This document shows, piece by piece, positions 22,101 through 30,974 of a stretch of DNA of 64,000 nucleotides (position 1 is its first letter; each line of letters begins with the position of its first letter). The notes under the pieces were generated by a model. It had not been told where the DNA came from. It saw only the letters and a list, made by a program, of their open reading frames with translations, and made no database searches. Position numbers and translations under genes: made by a program. Source of the stretch: Escherichia coli (lineage in GTDB: Bacteria > Pseudomonadota > Gammaproteobacteria > Enterobacterales > Enterobacteriaceae). The stretch lies in assembly GCF_030384885.1 (NCBI RefSeq), contig NZ_CP128613.1; one strand, 5' to 3'.

Positions 22101-22630
22101 AATCGCTGTACGGTGATTACGACACGCCGCAGGATTTCCTCGAAGCCTTTGACTCGCTGGTGCAACGTTCCCCGAACGCGCAACCGGCATTGCAGGCAGT
22201 TATTAATCGCCCGCGCGATCTCACCCGTAAAGGGCTGGTCGAGCTACAGGAGTGGTTTGACCGCCAGCACTTTGAGGAATCTTCCCTGCGCAAAGCATGG
22301 AAAGAGACGCGCAATGAAGATATCGCCGCCCGGCTGATTGGTCATATTCGCCGCGCTGCGGTGGGCGATGCGCTGAAACCGTTTGAGGAACGTGTCGATC
22401 ACGCGCTGACGCGTATCAAGGGCGAAAACGACTGGAGCAGCGAGCAATTAAGCTGGCTCGATCGTTTAGCGCAGGCGCTGAAAGAGAAAGTGGTGCTCGA
22501 CGACGATGTCTTCAAAACCGGCAATTTCCACCGTCGCGGCGGGAAGGCGATGCTGCAAAGAACCTTTGACGATAATCTCGACAGCCTGCTCGATAAATTC
22601 AGCGATTATATCTGGGACGAACTGGCCTGA
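19118..22630 (+). CDS. hsdR: Type I restriction enzyme R subunit (EcoKI-family, type IA)
   Basis: 1170 aa from ATG-ATG (MMNKSNFEFLKG...); SF2 helicase motifs (GTGKT, DEAH); the track ORF extends 18 codons upstream to ATG 19064. Confidence 0.9.
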   Translation: MMNKSNFEFLKGVNDFTYAIACAAENNYPDDPNTTLIKMRMFGEATAKHLGLLLNIPPCENQHDLLRELGKIAFVDDNILSVFHKLRRIGNQAVHEYHNDLDDAQMCLRLGFRLAVWYYRLVTKDYDFPVPVFVLPERGENLYHQEVLTLKQQLEQQAREKAQTQAEVEAQQQKLVALNGYIAILEGKQQETEAQTLARLAALEAQLAEKNAELAKQTEQERKAYHKEITDQAIKRTLNLSEEESRFLIDAQLRKAGWQADSKTLRFSKGARPEPGVNKAIAEWPTGKDETGNQGFADYVLFVGLKPIAVVEAKRKNIDVPGKLNESYRYSKCFDNGFLRETLLEHYSPDEVHEAVPEYETSWQDTSGQQRFKIPFCYSTNGREYRAAMKTKSGIWYRDVRDTRNMSKALPEWHRPEELLEMLGSEPQKQNQWFADNPGMSELGLRYYQEDAVRAVEKAIVKGQQEILLAMATGTGKTRTAIAMMFRLIQSQRFKRILFLVDRRSLGEQALGAFEDTRINGDTFNSIFDIKGLTDKFPEDSTKIHVATVQSLVKRTLQSDEPMPVARYDCIVVDEAHRGYILDKEQTEGELQFRSQLDYVSAYRRILDHFDAVKIALTATPALHTVQIFGEPVYRYTYRTAVIDGFLIDQDPPIQITTRNAQEGVYLAKGEQVERISPQGEVINDTLEDDQDFEVADFNRGLVIPAFNRAVCNELTNYLDPTGLQKTLVFCVTNAHADMVVEELRAAFKKKYPQLEHDAIIKITGDADKDARKVQTMITRFNKERLPNIVVTVDLLTTGVDIPSICNIVFLRKVRSRILYEQMKGRATRLCPEVNKTSFKIFDCVDIYSTLESVDTMRPVVVRPKVELQTLVNEITDSETYKITEADGRSFAEHSHEQLVAKLQRIIGLATFNRDRSETIDKQVRRLDELCQDAAGVNFNGFASRLREKGPHWSAEVFNKLPGFIARLEKLKTDINNLNDAPIFLDIDDEVVSVKSLYGDYDTPQDFLEAFDSLVQRSPNAQPALQAVINRPRDLTRKGLVELQEWFDRQHFEESSLRKAWKETRNEDIAARLIGHIRRAAVGDALKPFEERVDHALTRIKGENDWSSEQLSWLDRLAQALKEKVVLDDDVFKTGNFHRRGGKAMLQRTFDDNLDSLLDKFSDYIWDELA

Positions 22631-22830
22631 CACGTATACACTTCATCCTTCAGGCTGCCTCTGCGTTGGCTGCGCTCGTTCACCCCGGTCACGTACTTCT
22701 GTACGCTCCCGGGGATTCACTCACTTGCCGCCTTGATGCAACCTGAATGATTTTGTGTATATTACCCTCGGCAATTTCTTCTTCTGCGGCCCGATGAATT
22801 TGGGCCGCTGCTTAATTTACGGAACTCACA

Positions 22831-24420
22831 ATGAACAATAACGATCTGGTCGCGAAGCTGTGGAAGCTGTGCGACAACCTGCGCGATGGCGGCGTTTCCT
22901 ATCAAAACTACGTCAATGAACTCGCCTCGCTGCTGTTTTTGAAAATGTGTAAAGAAACCGGACAGGAAGCGGAATACCTGCCGGAAGGCTACCGCTGGGA
23001 TGACCTGAAATCCCGTATCGGCCAGGAGCAGTTGCAGTTCTACCGTAACCTGCTGGTACATCTGGGCGCCGACAATCAAAAGCTGGTGCAGGCAGTGTTC
23101 CAGAACGTCAACACCACCATTACCCAGCCGAAACAGTTGACCGAGCTGGTCAGCAATATGGATTCACTGGACTGGTACAACGGCGCGCACGGTAAGTCGC
23201 GCGATGACTTCGGCGATATGTACGAAGGGCTGTTGCAGAAGAACGCGAATGAAACCAAGTCTGGCGCGGGCCAGTACTTCACCCCGCGTCCGCTGATTAA
23301 AACCATTATTCATCTGCTGAAACCGCAGCCGCGTGAAGTGGTGCAGGACCCGGCGGCAGGTACGGCGGGCTTTTTGATTGAAGCCGACCGCTATGTTAAG
23401 TCGCAAACTAATGATCTGGACGACCTTGATGGCGACACGCAGGATTTCCAGATCCACCGCGCGTTTATCGGCCTCGAACTGGTGCCCGGCACCCGTCGTC
23501 TGGCACTGATGAACTGCCTGCTGCACGATATTGAAGGCAACCTCGACCACGGCGGCGCAATCCGTCTGGGCAACACCCTGGGCAGCGACGGTGAAAACCT
23601 GCCGAAAGCGCATATTGTCGCCACTAACCCGCCGTTTGGCAGCGCCGCAGGCACCAACATTACCCGCACCTTTGTTCACCCGACCAGCAACAAACAGTTG
23701 TGCTTTATGCAGCATATTATCGAAACGCTGCATCCCGGCGGTCGTGCGGCGGTCGTGGTGCCGGATAACGTACTGTTTGAAGGCGGCAAAGGCACCGACA
23801 TCCGTCGTGACCTGATGGATAAGTGTCATCTGCACACCATTCTGCGTCTGCCGACCGGTATTTTTTACGCGCAGGGCGTGAAAACCAACGTGCTGTTCTT
23901 TACCAAAGGGACGGTGGCGAATCCGAATCAGGATAAGAACTGTACCGACGACGTGTGGGTGTACGACCTGCGTACCAATATGCCGAGCTTCGGCAAGCGC
24001 ACGCCGTTTACCGACGAGCATTTGCAGCCGTTTGAGCGCGTGTATGGCGAAGACCCGCACGGTTTAAGCCCGCGCACTGAAGGGGAATGGAGTTTTAACG
24101 CCGAAGAGACGGAAGTTGCCGACAGCGAAGAGAACAAAAACACCGATCAGCATCTGGCCACCAGCCGCTGGCGCAAGTTCAGCCGCGAGTGGATCCGCAC
24201 CGTGAAATCCGATTCGCTGGATATCTCCTGGCTGAAAGATAAAGACAGCATCGACGCCGACAGCCTGCCGGAGCCGGATGTGTTAGCGGCAGAAGCGATG
24301 GGTGAACTGGTACAGGCATTGGGTGAACTGGATGCGCTGATGCGTGAACTGGGGGCGAGCGATGAGGCGGATGCACAGCGTCAGTTGCTGGAAGAAGCGT
24401 TTGGTGGGGTGAAAGAATGA
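22831..24420 (+). CDS. hsdM: Type I restriction-modification N6-adenine DNA methyltransferase M subunit
   Basis: 529-aa ORF (MNNNDLVAKLWKLCDNLRDGG...) with the NPPF catalytic motif; recognised as EcoKI-type HsdM. Confidence 0.93.
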   Translation: MNNNDLVAKLWKLCDNLRDGGVSYQNYVNELASLLFLKMCKETGQEAEYLPEGYRWDDLKSRIGQEQLQFYRNLLVHLGADNQKLVQAVFQNVNTTITQPKQLTELVSNMDSLDWYNGAHGKSRDDFGDMYEGLLQKNANETKSGAGQYFTPRPLIKTIIHLLKPQPREVVQDPAAGTAGFLIEADRYVKSQTNDLDDLDGDTQDFQIHRAFIGLELVPGTRRLALMNCLLHDIEGNLDHGGAIRLGNTLGSDGENLPKAHIVATNPPFGSAAGTNITRTFVHPTSNKQLCFMQHIIETLHPGGRAAVVVPDNVLFEGGKGTDIRRDLMDKCHLHTILRLPTGIFYAQGVKTNVLFFTKGTVANPNQDKNCTDDVWVYDLRTNMPSFGKRTPFTDEHLQPFERVYGEDPHGLSPRTEGEWSFNAEETEVADSEENKNTDQHLATSRWRKFSREWIRTVKSDSLDISWLKDKDSIDADSLPEPDVLAAEAMGELVQALGELDALMRELGASDEADAQRQLLEEAFGGVKE

Positions 24421-25805
24421 GTTTCAACTCAACATCAAAAGAATTAATTGAGCAAAATATCAATGGGTTACTTTCAAGCCATGAGAGCTGGTTACGTATT
24501 CCAATGGATTCCGTAGCAAACATCACAAACGGTTTTGCTTTTAAGTCGGCAGAATTTAATAATCGTAAAGATGGTGTACCATTAATTAGAATTCGTGATG
24601 TTCTTAAAGGTAGTACATCGACTTATTACTCGGGGCAAATTCCTGAGGGATATTGGGTATATCCCGAAGACTTAATCGTGGGAATGGATGGTGATTTTAA
24701 TACAACTATATGGCGCTCGGAGCCCGCTCTGTTAAATCAACGAGTATGTAAAATCGAAGTTCAGGAAGACAAATACAATAAAAGATTTTTCTATCATGCC
24801 TTACCAGGATATTTATCCGCAATCAATGCAAATACGTCCTCGGTTACTGTAAAGCATCTTTCTTCCAGGACACTTCAAGATACCCTACTTCCGTTGCCAC
24901 CACTTGCCGAACAAAAAATCATCGCTGAAAAACTCGATACGCTGCTGGCGCAGGTAAACAGCACCAAAGCACGTCTTGAGCAAATCCCACAAAACCTGAA
25001 ACGTTTTCGTCAGGCGGTGCTTCATGTTGCAGTGAGCGGGAAATTAACTGAAAAATGGCGATTAGAAAATGCAACTTTAGAAAACTCATACGAATGGAAG
25101 GTGCAATCTTTATCTGATCTTGGTGTTTTAGCTCGAGGTAAATCTAAACATCGACCTAGAAACGATCCTCGCCTATTTGGGGATAAGTATCCATTTATTC
25201 AAACAGGTGAAGTTGCCAATAGTTCAGGAAGAATTAAAAGAGCAAATAAATTTTATAGTGAGTTTGGTTTATCACAAAGCAAGCTATTTCCAAAAGATAC
25301 CTTATGTATAACTATTGCTGCCAACATTGCGGATACAGCCATATTAGAGATTGAGGCATGTTTCCCGGACAGTGTCGTTGGTTTCATTTCTGATAAAGAT
25401 AAATCTCATGTATCCTTTGTGAAGTATCTAATTGATGTTAACAAAGATAATCTTGAAGCATTTGCACCAGCTACAGCACAAAAAAATATTAACTTAAAGG
25501 TTTTAAACGAACTTAAACTTCCTATTCCTGATATTAAAGAACAAGCCGAAATCGTTCGCCGCGTCGAGCAACTCTTCGCCTACGCCGACACCATAGAAAA
25601 ACAGGTCAACAACGCCCTGGCCCGCGTCAACAACCTGACGCAATCCATCCTGGCAAAAGCGTTCCGTGGTGAACTCACCGCCCAGTGGCGGGCCGAAAAC
25701 CCGGATTTGATCAGCGGAGAAAACAGCGCCGCCGCGTTGCTGGAAAAAATCAAAGCTGAACGCGCAGCCAGCGGGGGTAAAAAAGCCTCACGTAAAAAAT
25801 CCTGA
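24417..25805 (+). CDS. hsdS: Type I restriction-modification specificity subunit; EcoKI-family scaffold with non-K-12 target-recognition domains
   Basis: 462-aa ORF; ATG overlaps the hsdM stop (ATGA); central and C-terminal conserved regions (LPPLAEQKIIAEKLDTLLAQV..., EQAEIVRRVEQLFAYADTIEKQ...) match the EcoKI family as I recall it, but the two variable regions do not, and they are AT-rich. Confidence 0.9.
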   Translation: MSFNSTSKELIEQNINGLLSSHESWLRIPMDSVANITNGFAFKSAEFNNRKDGVPLIRIRDVLKGSTSTYYSGQIPEGYWVYPEDLIVGMDGDFNTTIWRSEPALLNQRVCKIEVQEDKYNKRFFYHALPGYLSAINANTSSVTVKHLSSRTLQDTLLPLPPLAEQKIIAEKLDTLLAQVNSTKARLEQIPQNLKRFRQAVLHVAVSGKLTEKWRLENATLENSYEWKVQSLSDLGVLARGKSKHRPRNDPRLFGDKYPFIQTGEVANSSGRIKRANKFYSEFGLSQSKLFPKDTLCITIAANIADTAILEIEACFPDSVVGFISDKDKSHVSFVKYLIDVNKDNLEAFAPATAQKNINLKVLNELKLPIPDIKEQAEIVRRVEQLFAYADTIEKQVNNALARVNNLTQSILAKAFRGELTAQWRAENPDLISGENSAAALLEKIKAERAASGGKKASRKKS

Positions 25806-25818
25806 ACATTATTTTCTG

Positions 25819-25842
25819 GCGCACCTTTCCGGTGCGCTTTTT
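25819..25842 (+). terminator. Rho-independent terminator of the hsdMS operon
   Basis: GCGCACC-TTTCC-GGTGCGC followed by TTTTT. Confidence 0.65.
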
Positions 25843-25939
25843 ATTATTTCACGCCAATCATAACCCACATAAATATATTTAAATCATTCCAGAAATTGCC
25901 CATTTTATTCTATTTTTAGCTGGACTTTCCCCATATTTA

Positions 25940-25955
25940 CTGATGATATATCCAG
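25940..25955. promoter_or_regulatory. Candidate LexA (SOS) box upstream of symE
   Basis: CTGATGATATATCCAG fits CTG-N10-CAG with an AT-rich centre; symE is known to be SOS-induced. Confidence 0.55.
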
Positions 25956-25959
25956 GTAT

Positions 25960-26045
25960 TTAGCGCGGTGCGGATGTGCGCCAACACACCCGCACCGCTA
26001 ATCACAATCCCTATTTCTAAGGAATAGTAATCATGACTGACACGC
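25960..26045 (-). ncRNA. symR: Approximate position of SymR antisense sRNA (overlaps symE 5-prime UTR and start codon)
   Basis: Placed from established knowledge of the symE/symR locus, not from a sequence signal I can delimit exactly. Confidence 0.35.
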
Positions 26046-26374
26046 ATTCTATTGCACAACCGTTCGAAGCAGAAGTCTCCCCGGCAAATAACCGTCAATT
26101 AACCGTGAGTTATGCGAGTCGCTACCCGGATTACAGCCGTATTCCCGCCATCACCCTGAAAGGTCAGTGGCTGGAAGCCGCCGGTTTTGCCACCGGCACG
26201 GCGGTAGATGTCAAAGTGATGGAAGGCTGTATTGTCCTCACCGCCCAACCACCCGCCCCCGAAGAGAGCGAACTGATGCAGTCACTGCGCCAGGTGTGCA
26301 AACTGTCAGCGCGTAAACAAAAGCAGGTGAAGGAGTTTATTGGGGTGATTGCCGGTAAACAGAAAGTCGCGTAA
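26033..26374 (+). CDS. symE: SymE, SOS-induced toxin-like protein (AbrB-fold, type I TA-like module)
   Basis: 113-aa ORF ([38 protein letters not shown]...) recognised as SymE. Confidence 0.92.
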   Translation: MTDTHSIAQPFEAEVSPANNRQLTVSYASRYPDYSRIPAITLKGQWLEAAGFATGTAVDVKVMEGCIVLTAQPPAPEESELMQSLRQVCKLSARKQKQVKEFIGVIAGKQKVA

Positions 26375-26535
26375 CAGCGTTTACTCCCGGTTAACCACCG
26401 GGAGCCTTCCACTGACTCAATAGAAACTTTCCCCCTCAGTAAATATTTACCAGTCTGATTTTGCAGTAAAAATCTATTGTTTCAGTACGTTGCGAAAGCG
26501 ATAATAGAGGCTTAGCAATGAGGAAGGCATATCTT

Positions 26536-27915
26536 ATGGAATCTATTCAACCCTGGATTGAAAAATTTATTAAGCAAGCACAGCAACAACGTTCGCAATC
26601 CACTAAAGATTATCCAACGTCTTACCGTAACCTGCGAGTAAAATTGAGTTTCGGTTATGGTAATTTTACGTCTATTCCCTGGTTTGCATTTCTTGGAGAA
26701 GGTCAGGAAGCTTCTAACGGTATATATCCCGTTATTCTCTATTATAAAGATTTTGATGAGTTGGTTTTGGCTTATGGTATAAGCGACACGAATGAACCAC
26801 ATGCCCAATGGCAGTTCTCTTCAGACATACCTAAAACAATCGCAGAGTATTTCCAGGCAACTTCAGGTGTATATCCTAAAAAATACGGACAGTCCTATTA
26901 CGCCTGTTCCCAAAAAGTCTCACAGGGTCTTGATTATACCCGGTTTGCCTCCATGCTGGACAACATAATCAACGACTATAAATTAATATTTAATTCTGGC
27001 AAGAGTGTTATTCCACCTATGTCAAAAACTGAATCATACTGTCTGGAAGATGCGTTAAATGATTTGTTTATCCCTGAAACCACGATAGAGACGATACTCA
27101 AACGATTAACCATCAAAAAAAATATTATCCTCCAGGGGCCGCCCGGCGTTGGAAAAACCTTTGTTGCACGCCGTCTGGCTTACTTGCTGACAGGGGAAAA
27201 GGCTCCGCAACGCGTCAATATGGTTCAGTTCCATCAATCTTATAGCTATGAGGATTTTATACAGGGCTATCGTCCGAATGGTGTCGGCTTCCGACGTAAA
27301 GACGGTATATTTTACAATTTTTGTCAGCAAGCTAAAGAGCAGCCAGAGAAAAAGTATGTTTTTATTATAGATGAAATCAATCGTGCCAATCTCAGTAAAG
27401 TATTTGGCGAAGTGATGATGTTAATGGAACATGATAAACGAGGTGAAAACTGGTCTGTTCCCTTAACCTACTCCGAAAACGATGAAGAACGATTCTATGT
27501 TCCGGAGAATGTTTATATTATCGGTTTAATGAATACTGCCGATCGCTCTCTGGCCGTTGTTGATTATGCCCTGCGCAGACGATTTTCTTTCATAGATATT
27601 GAGCCAGGTTTTGATACGCCACAGTTCCGGAATTTTTTACTGAATAAAAAAGCAGAACCTTCATTTGTTGAATCTTTATGCCAAACAATGAACGAGTTAA
27701 ACCAGGAAATCAGCAAAGAGGCCACTATCCTTGGGAAAGGATTCCGCATTGGGCATAGTTACTTCTGCTCCGGGTTGGAAGATGGCACATCTCCTGATAC
27801 GCAATGGCTTAAGGAAATTGTGATGACGGATATCGCCCCTTTACTCGAAGAATATTTCTTTGATGATCCCTATAAACAACAGATATGGACCGACAAATTA
27901 TTAGGTGACTCATAG
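26536..27915 (+). CDS. mcrB: McrB, GTPase (AAA+) subunit of the 5-methylcytosine-dependent restriction enzyme McrBC
   Basis: 459 aa from ATG with AGGAAGG upstream (MESIQPWIEKF...); P-loop GPPGVGKT; AT-rich composition. Confidence 0.93.
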   Translation: MESIQPWIEKFIKQAQQQRSQSTKDYPTSYRNLRVKLSFGYGNFTSIPWFAFLGEGQEASNGIYPVILYYKDFDELVLAYGISDTNEPHAQWQFSSDIPKTIAEYFQATSGVYPKKYGQSYYACSQKVSQGLDYTRFASMLDNIINDYKLIFNSGKSVIPPMSKTESYCLEDALNDLFIPETTIETILKRLTIKKNIILQGPPGVGKTFVARRLAYLLTGEKAPQRVNMVQFHQSYSYEDFIQGYRPNGVGFRRKDGIFYNFCQQAKEQPEKKYVFIIDEINRANLSKVFGEVMMLMEHDKRGENWSVPLTYSENDEERFYVPENVYIIGLMNTADRSLAVVDYALRRRFSFIDIEPGFDTPQFRNFLLNKKAEPSFVESLCQTMNELNQEISKEATILGKGFRIGHSYFCSGLEDGTSPDTQWLKEIVMTDIAPLLEEYFFDDPYKQQIWTDKLLGDS

Positions 27916-28961
27916 TGGAACAGCCCGTGATACCTGTCCGTAATATCTATTACATGCTTACCTATGCATGGGGTTATTTACAGGAAATTAAGCAGGCCGA
28001 CCTTGAAGCCATTCCCGGTAACAATCTTCTTGATATCCTGGGGTATGTATTAAATAAAGGGGTTTTACAGCTTTCACGCCGAGGGCTTGAGCTTGATTAC
28101 AATCCTAATACAGAAATCATTCCTGGCATCAAAGGGCGAATAGAGTTTGCTAAAACAATACGCGGCTTCCATCTTAATCATGGGAAAACCGTCAGTACGT
28201 TTGATATGCTTAATGAAGACACGCTGGCTAACCGAATTATAAAAAGCACATTAGCCATGTTAATTAAGCATGAAAAGTTAAACTCAGCCATCAGAGATGA
28301 AGCTCGTTCACTTTATAGAAAATTACCGGGCATTAGCACTCTTCATTTAACTCCACAGCATTTCAGCTATCTGAATGGCGGAAAAAATACGCGTTATTAT
28401 AAATTCGTTATAAGTGTCTGCAAGTTCATCGTCAATAATTCTATTCCAGGTCAAAACAAAGGACACTACCGTTTCTATGATTTTGAAAGAAACGAAAAAG
28501 AGATGTCATTACTTTATCAAAAGTTTCTTTATGAATTTTGCCGCCGTGAATTAACGTCTGCAAACACAACCCGCTCTTATTTAAAATGGGATGCATCGAG
28601 CATATCGGATCAGTCACTTAATTTGTTACCTCGAATGGAAACTGACATCACCATTCGCTCATCAGAAAAAATACTTATCGTTGACGCCAAATACTATAAG
28701 AGCATTTTTTCACGACGAATGGGCTCAGAAAAATTTCATTCTCAAAATCTTTATCAACTGATGAATTACTTATGGTCGTTAAAGCCTGAAAATGGCGAAA
28801 ACATAGGGGGCTTATTAATATACCCCCACGTAGATACCGCAGTGAAACATCGTTATAAAATTAATGGCTTCGATATTGGCTTGTGTACCGTCAATTTAGG
28901 TCAGGAATGGCCGTGTATACATCAAGAATTACTCGACATTTTCGGTGAATATCTCAAATAA
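27915..28961 (+). CDS. mcrC: McrC, nuclease subunit of McrBC
   Basis: 348-aa ORF with GTG start overlapping the mcrB stop (MEQPVIPVRNIYYMLTY...); recognised as McrC. Confidence 0.93.
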   Translation: MEQPVIPVRNIYYMLTYAWGYLQEIKQADLEAIPGNNLLDILGYVLNKGVLQLSRRGLELDYNPNTEIIPGIKGRIEFAKTIRGFHLNHGKTVSTFDMLNEDTLANRIIKSTLAMLIKHEKLNSAIRDEARSLYRKLPGISTLHLTPQHFSYLNGGKNTRYYKFVISVCKFIVNNSIPGQNKGHYRFYDFERNEKEMSLLYQKFLYEFCRRELTSANTTRSYLKWDASSISDQSLNLLPRMETDITIRSSEKILIVDAKYYKSIFSRRMGSEKFHSQNLYQLMNYLWSLKPENGENIGGLLIYPHVDTAVKHRYKINGFDIGLCTVNLGQEWPCIHQELLDIFGEYLK

Positions 28962-28983
28962 GCGGTAAGTTTTATAGAAAATA

Positions 28984-29010
28984 CCGCTCCCGACACCACA
29001 TCGGGAGCGG
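28984..29010 (-). terminator. Hairpin between convergent mcrC and the downstream minus-strand ORF pair
   Basis: CCGCTCCCGA-N7-TCGGGAGCGG; the T-rich flank is on the minus-strand side. Confidence 0.6.
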
Positions 29011-29017
29011 CTCATCA

Positions 29018-29353
29018 TCAGGAGGCGATCACCTCCACCAGCACATCCGTTGCCCAGCTCTCTTCACTGTTGACCACATTCCCTTCCTGACAAGCTTGAT
29101 CCATTTTGACTAACTGGAAAGAAACGTCATCGCGGAAATCAAAGTAATGCCATTGCGATGAAAAGTTGATGCGCCAGTAGCCCATCCCCTGATCGAAGCG
29201 GATCTTCAATACCTGACCATCCTCAAAAGTCACCGTCAGTTTACGATGGTGAGGGATATCGCGCGGCGAGTCGAACACCGTCAGTTCTACCGGCCTGCCC
29301 AGCGCAGCAGCAAACCACTGATCAGCGAAATCCTGAAAATCCGCTATGCTCAT
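29018..29353 (-). CDS. Hypothetical protein (111 aa), translationally coupled to the upstream 277-aa ORF
   Basis: ORF-track frame; its ATG overlaps the stop of the upstream ORF (ATGA); no family recognised by eye; may be a remnant of the yjiT/yjiV-type gene found at this position in K-12. Confidence 0.5.
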   Translation of the reverse strand: MSIADFQDFADQWFAAALGRPVELTVFDSPRDIPHHRKLTVTFEDGQVLKIRFDQGMGYWRINFSSQWHYFDFRDDVSFQLVKMDQACQEGNVVNSEESWATDVLVEVIAS

Positions 29354-30183
29354 CCAGTCATGGAAAGGCCGGTTAGCAGTCCATTCAAAAAATGCGTTCC
29401 TGTTTCATCATCTAACGGTATTGGAAACTCGCTTCGCCAGGTAGGGTGAACCTTATCAAGCTGTTGTACTGGTTCTTTGTGATTTATTAGGTTGTGAGTA
29501 AGTACTAAGGAATTGAGGTTATCAGCCATATGACTGATAAGTTCTACAGAGGTATCTTCGCTAAAAACAGTAGGCAGCGCTGATTTTTCTATGACAGCTC
29601 TTGCCAGCGAAAGGGCTGAAAAACCTGACTGCTTTGCTTGCTCATATTGTCCAAGGATCCTGGAGAAAACAGCCAGAAAGCGACTGTCTGATTCTTTGAG
29701 TAGCCGGAAAGGTAAACCACCTTCACTGAATAATGTTCCGAGAAAATTGCGTCGTTCAGATTCATAAAATCGAATTGGGCGCAGCCAGTAATCTTCCATC
29801 CCTTTCGGTACGATAGTACCAAGCTCTGTGGCGGTGAATGAAATCCCTATTTTTTTATATATAGGGTCCCACGTCCATCCGCATTGCCGTTCATAATCCC
29901 TGCGGTACCACTCAGAGCAAAAAAGAACAAAACAGGCAGCAAAGTCCCTATTACATATATTAGATTGTGATTGACCGACTGCACGGAGTAGCTGCGTTAA
30001 TTGGGTATATTCATCATTGGTTGCATGATATTCATAAAGAGGACGGCCATCCGGTTGTCTCAACCCTCTAAGATTCACAAAGTTACTTAGCCAGGAAGTA
30101 CATTTTACCCATGAAATGTATTCTGATTGACCCAAAGCAAGCTCCTTAGAGATAAAAGATACAAAAACAAAACCCCACAACAT
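29350..30183 (-). CDS. Hypothetical protein (277 aa) in the mcrC-yjiS variable slot
   Basis: ORF-track frame; AT-rich relative to flanking core genes; no obvious Shine-Dalgarno; no family recognised by eye. Confidence 0.5.
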   Translation of the reverse strand: MLWGFVFVSFISKELALGQSEYISWVKCTSWLSNFVNLRGLRQPDGRPLYEYHATNDEYTQLTQLLRAVGQSQSNICNRDFAACFVLFCSEWYRRDYERQCGWTWDPIYKKIGISFTATELGTIVPKGMEDYWLRPIRFYESERRNFLGTLFSEGGLPFRLLKESDSRFLAVFSRILGQYEQAKQSGFSALSLARAVIEKSALPTVFSEDTSVELISHMADNLNSLVLTHNLINHKEPVQQLDKVHPTWRSEFPIPLDDETGTHFLNGLLTGLSMTG

Positions 30184-30633
30184 TTCTAATTTGAAAGAAA
30201 ACCTTTCAGAATATTGTATAGTTACTCAGGCGGCAACAACTATTTTTTCAGGTCGATACTATAAATCAATTTTAGATAAAAATGATATCAACCATCTATT
30301 AATCACAACTCATTTATCACCTGATTTTATAATTTCAAATGAAAATAAATCTCAAACAATCAAAAAGTATTCAGTAGCTGACATTTAACTTTCCAGGATA
30401 TAAAACAATTAGAGAAACTGCACAATAGCGAATAATGAGAGTTGTAAAGTCAGTCAAAAAACACAAGTAATCACTGTGCGTTTTTTGACCGTTATCGACA
30501 TGAGTTTAAAGAGGTTAGTGAAGAAGATATTCCTGTACACTCCATACCTATTGATGAATTGTCTCGGGAAAATTTTTATAACTTAATATAAAAACATAAA
30601 AACGTTTTATTATATATAAATCTATATCCCCCC

Positions 30634-30798
30634 TCACTCCACATCCTCCCTGCGTAACCCGATATCCCTCAACCGCTCATCACTCATCTGCTGTAACACG
30701 CGTCGGGTCTGCATTTGCCGCCGCCAACGCCTCACCGCCTGCCAGAGTTGCACAAGGCCGATAAACGGCGCTTTAGCTCTGTTTTCGTGAAATTCCAT
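30634..30798 (-). CDS. yjiS: YjiS (DUF1127) small protein
   Basis: 54 aa read from the minus strand (MEFHENRAKAPFIGLVQLWQAVRRWRRQMQTRRVLQQMSDERLRDIGLRREDVE); not in the supplied ORF track because it is under 60 aa. Confidence 0.8.
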   Translation of the reverse strand: MEFHENRAKAPFIGLVQLWQAVRRWRRQMQTRRVLQQMSDERLRDIGLRREDVE

Positions 30799-30974
30799 CT
30801 GCTGCCTCCTCATCTTTCAGAGGCTTCATCATCCGCCTTCTGGCAGTTCACAATACAGATGCAAATATTAGTTTTATTTAACATACAGACAGGTTAAAAC
30901 AACATCTGCATCCGGTTTTTTAGCCTCATCTGTACCGGTTTTTCTCTCTGTATGGTCCAAATAAGGAGTACAGC

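Noticed and set aside
23164-24060. 298-aa ORF antisense to hsdM
   Set aside because: Shadow ORF inside a recognised methyltransferase gene
26536-27915. Separate annotation of the short McrB isoform from an internal start
   Set aside because: Known from K-12 biology but I cannot pinpoint the internal start from sequence signals with confidence, so only the full-length gene is listed
30191-30388. 65-aa AT-rich ORF on the plus strand
   Set aside because: TTG start with no Shine-Dalgarno; sits in an AT-rich tract where open frames arise by chance; no recognisable domain
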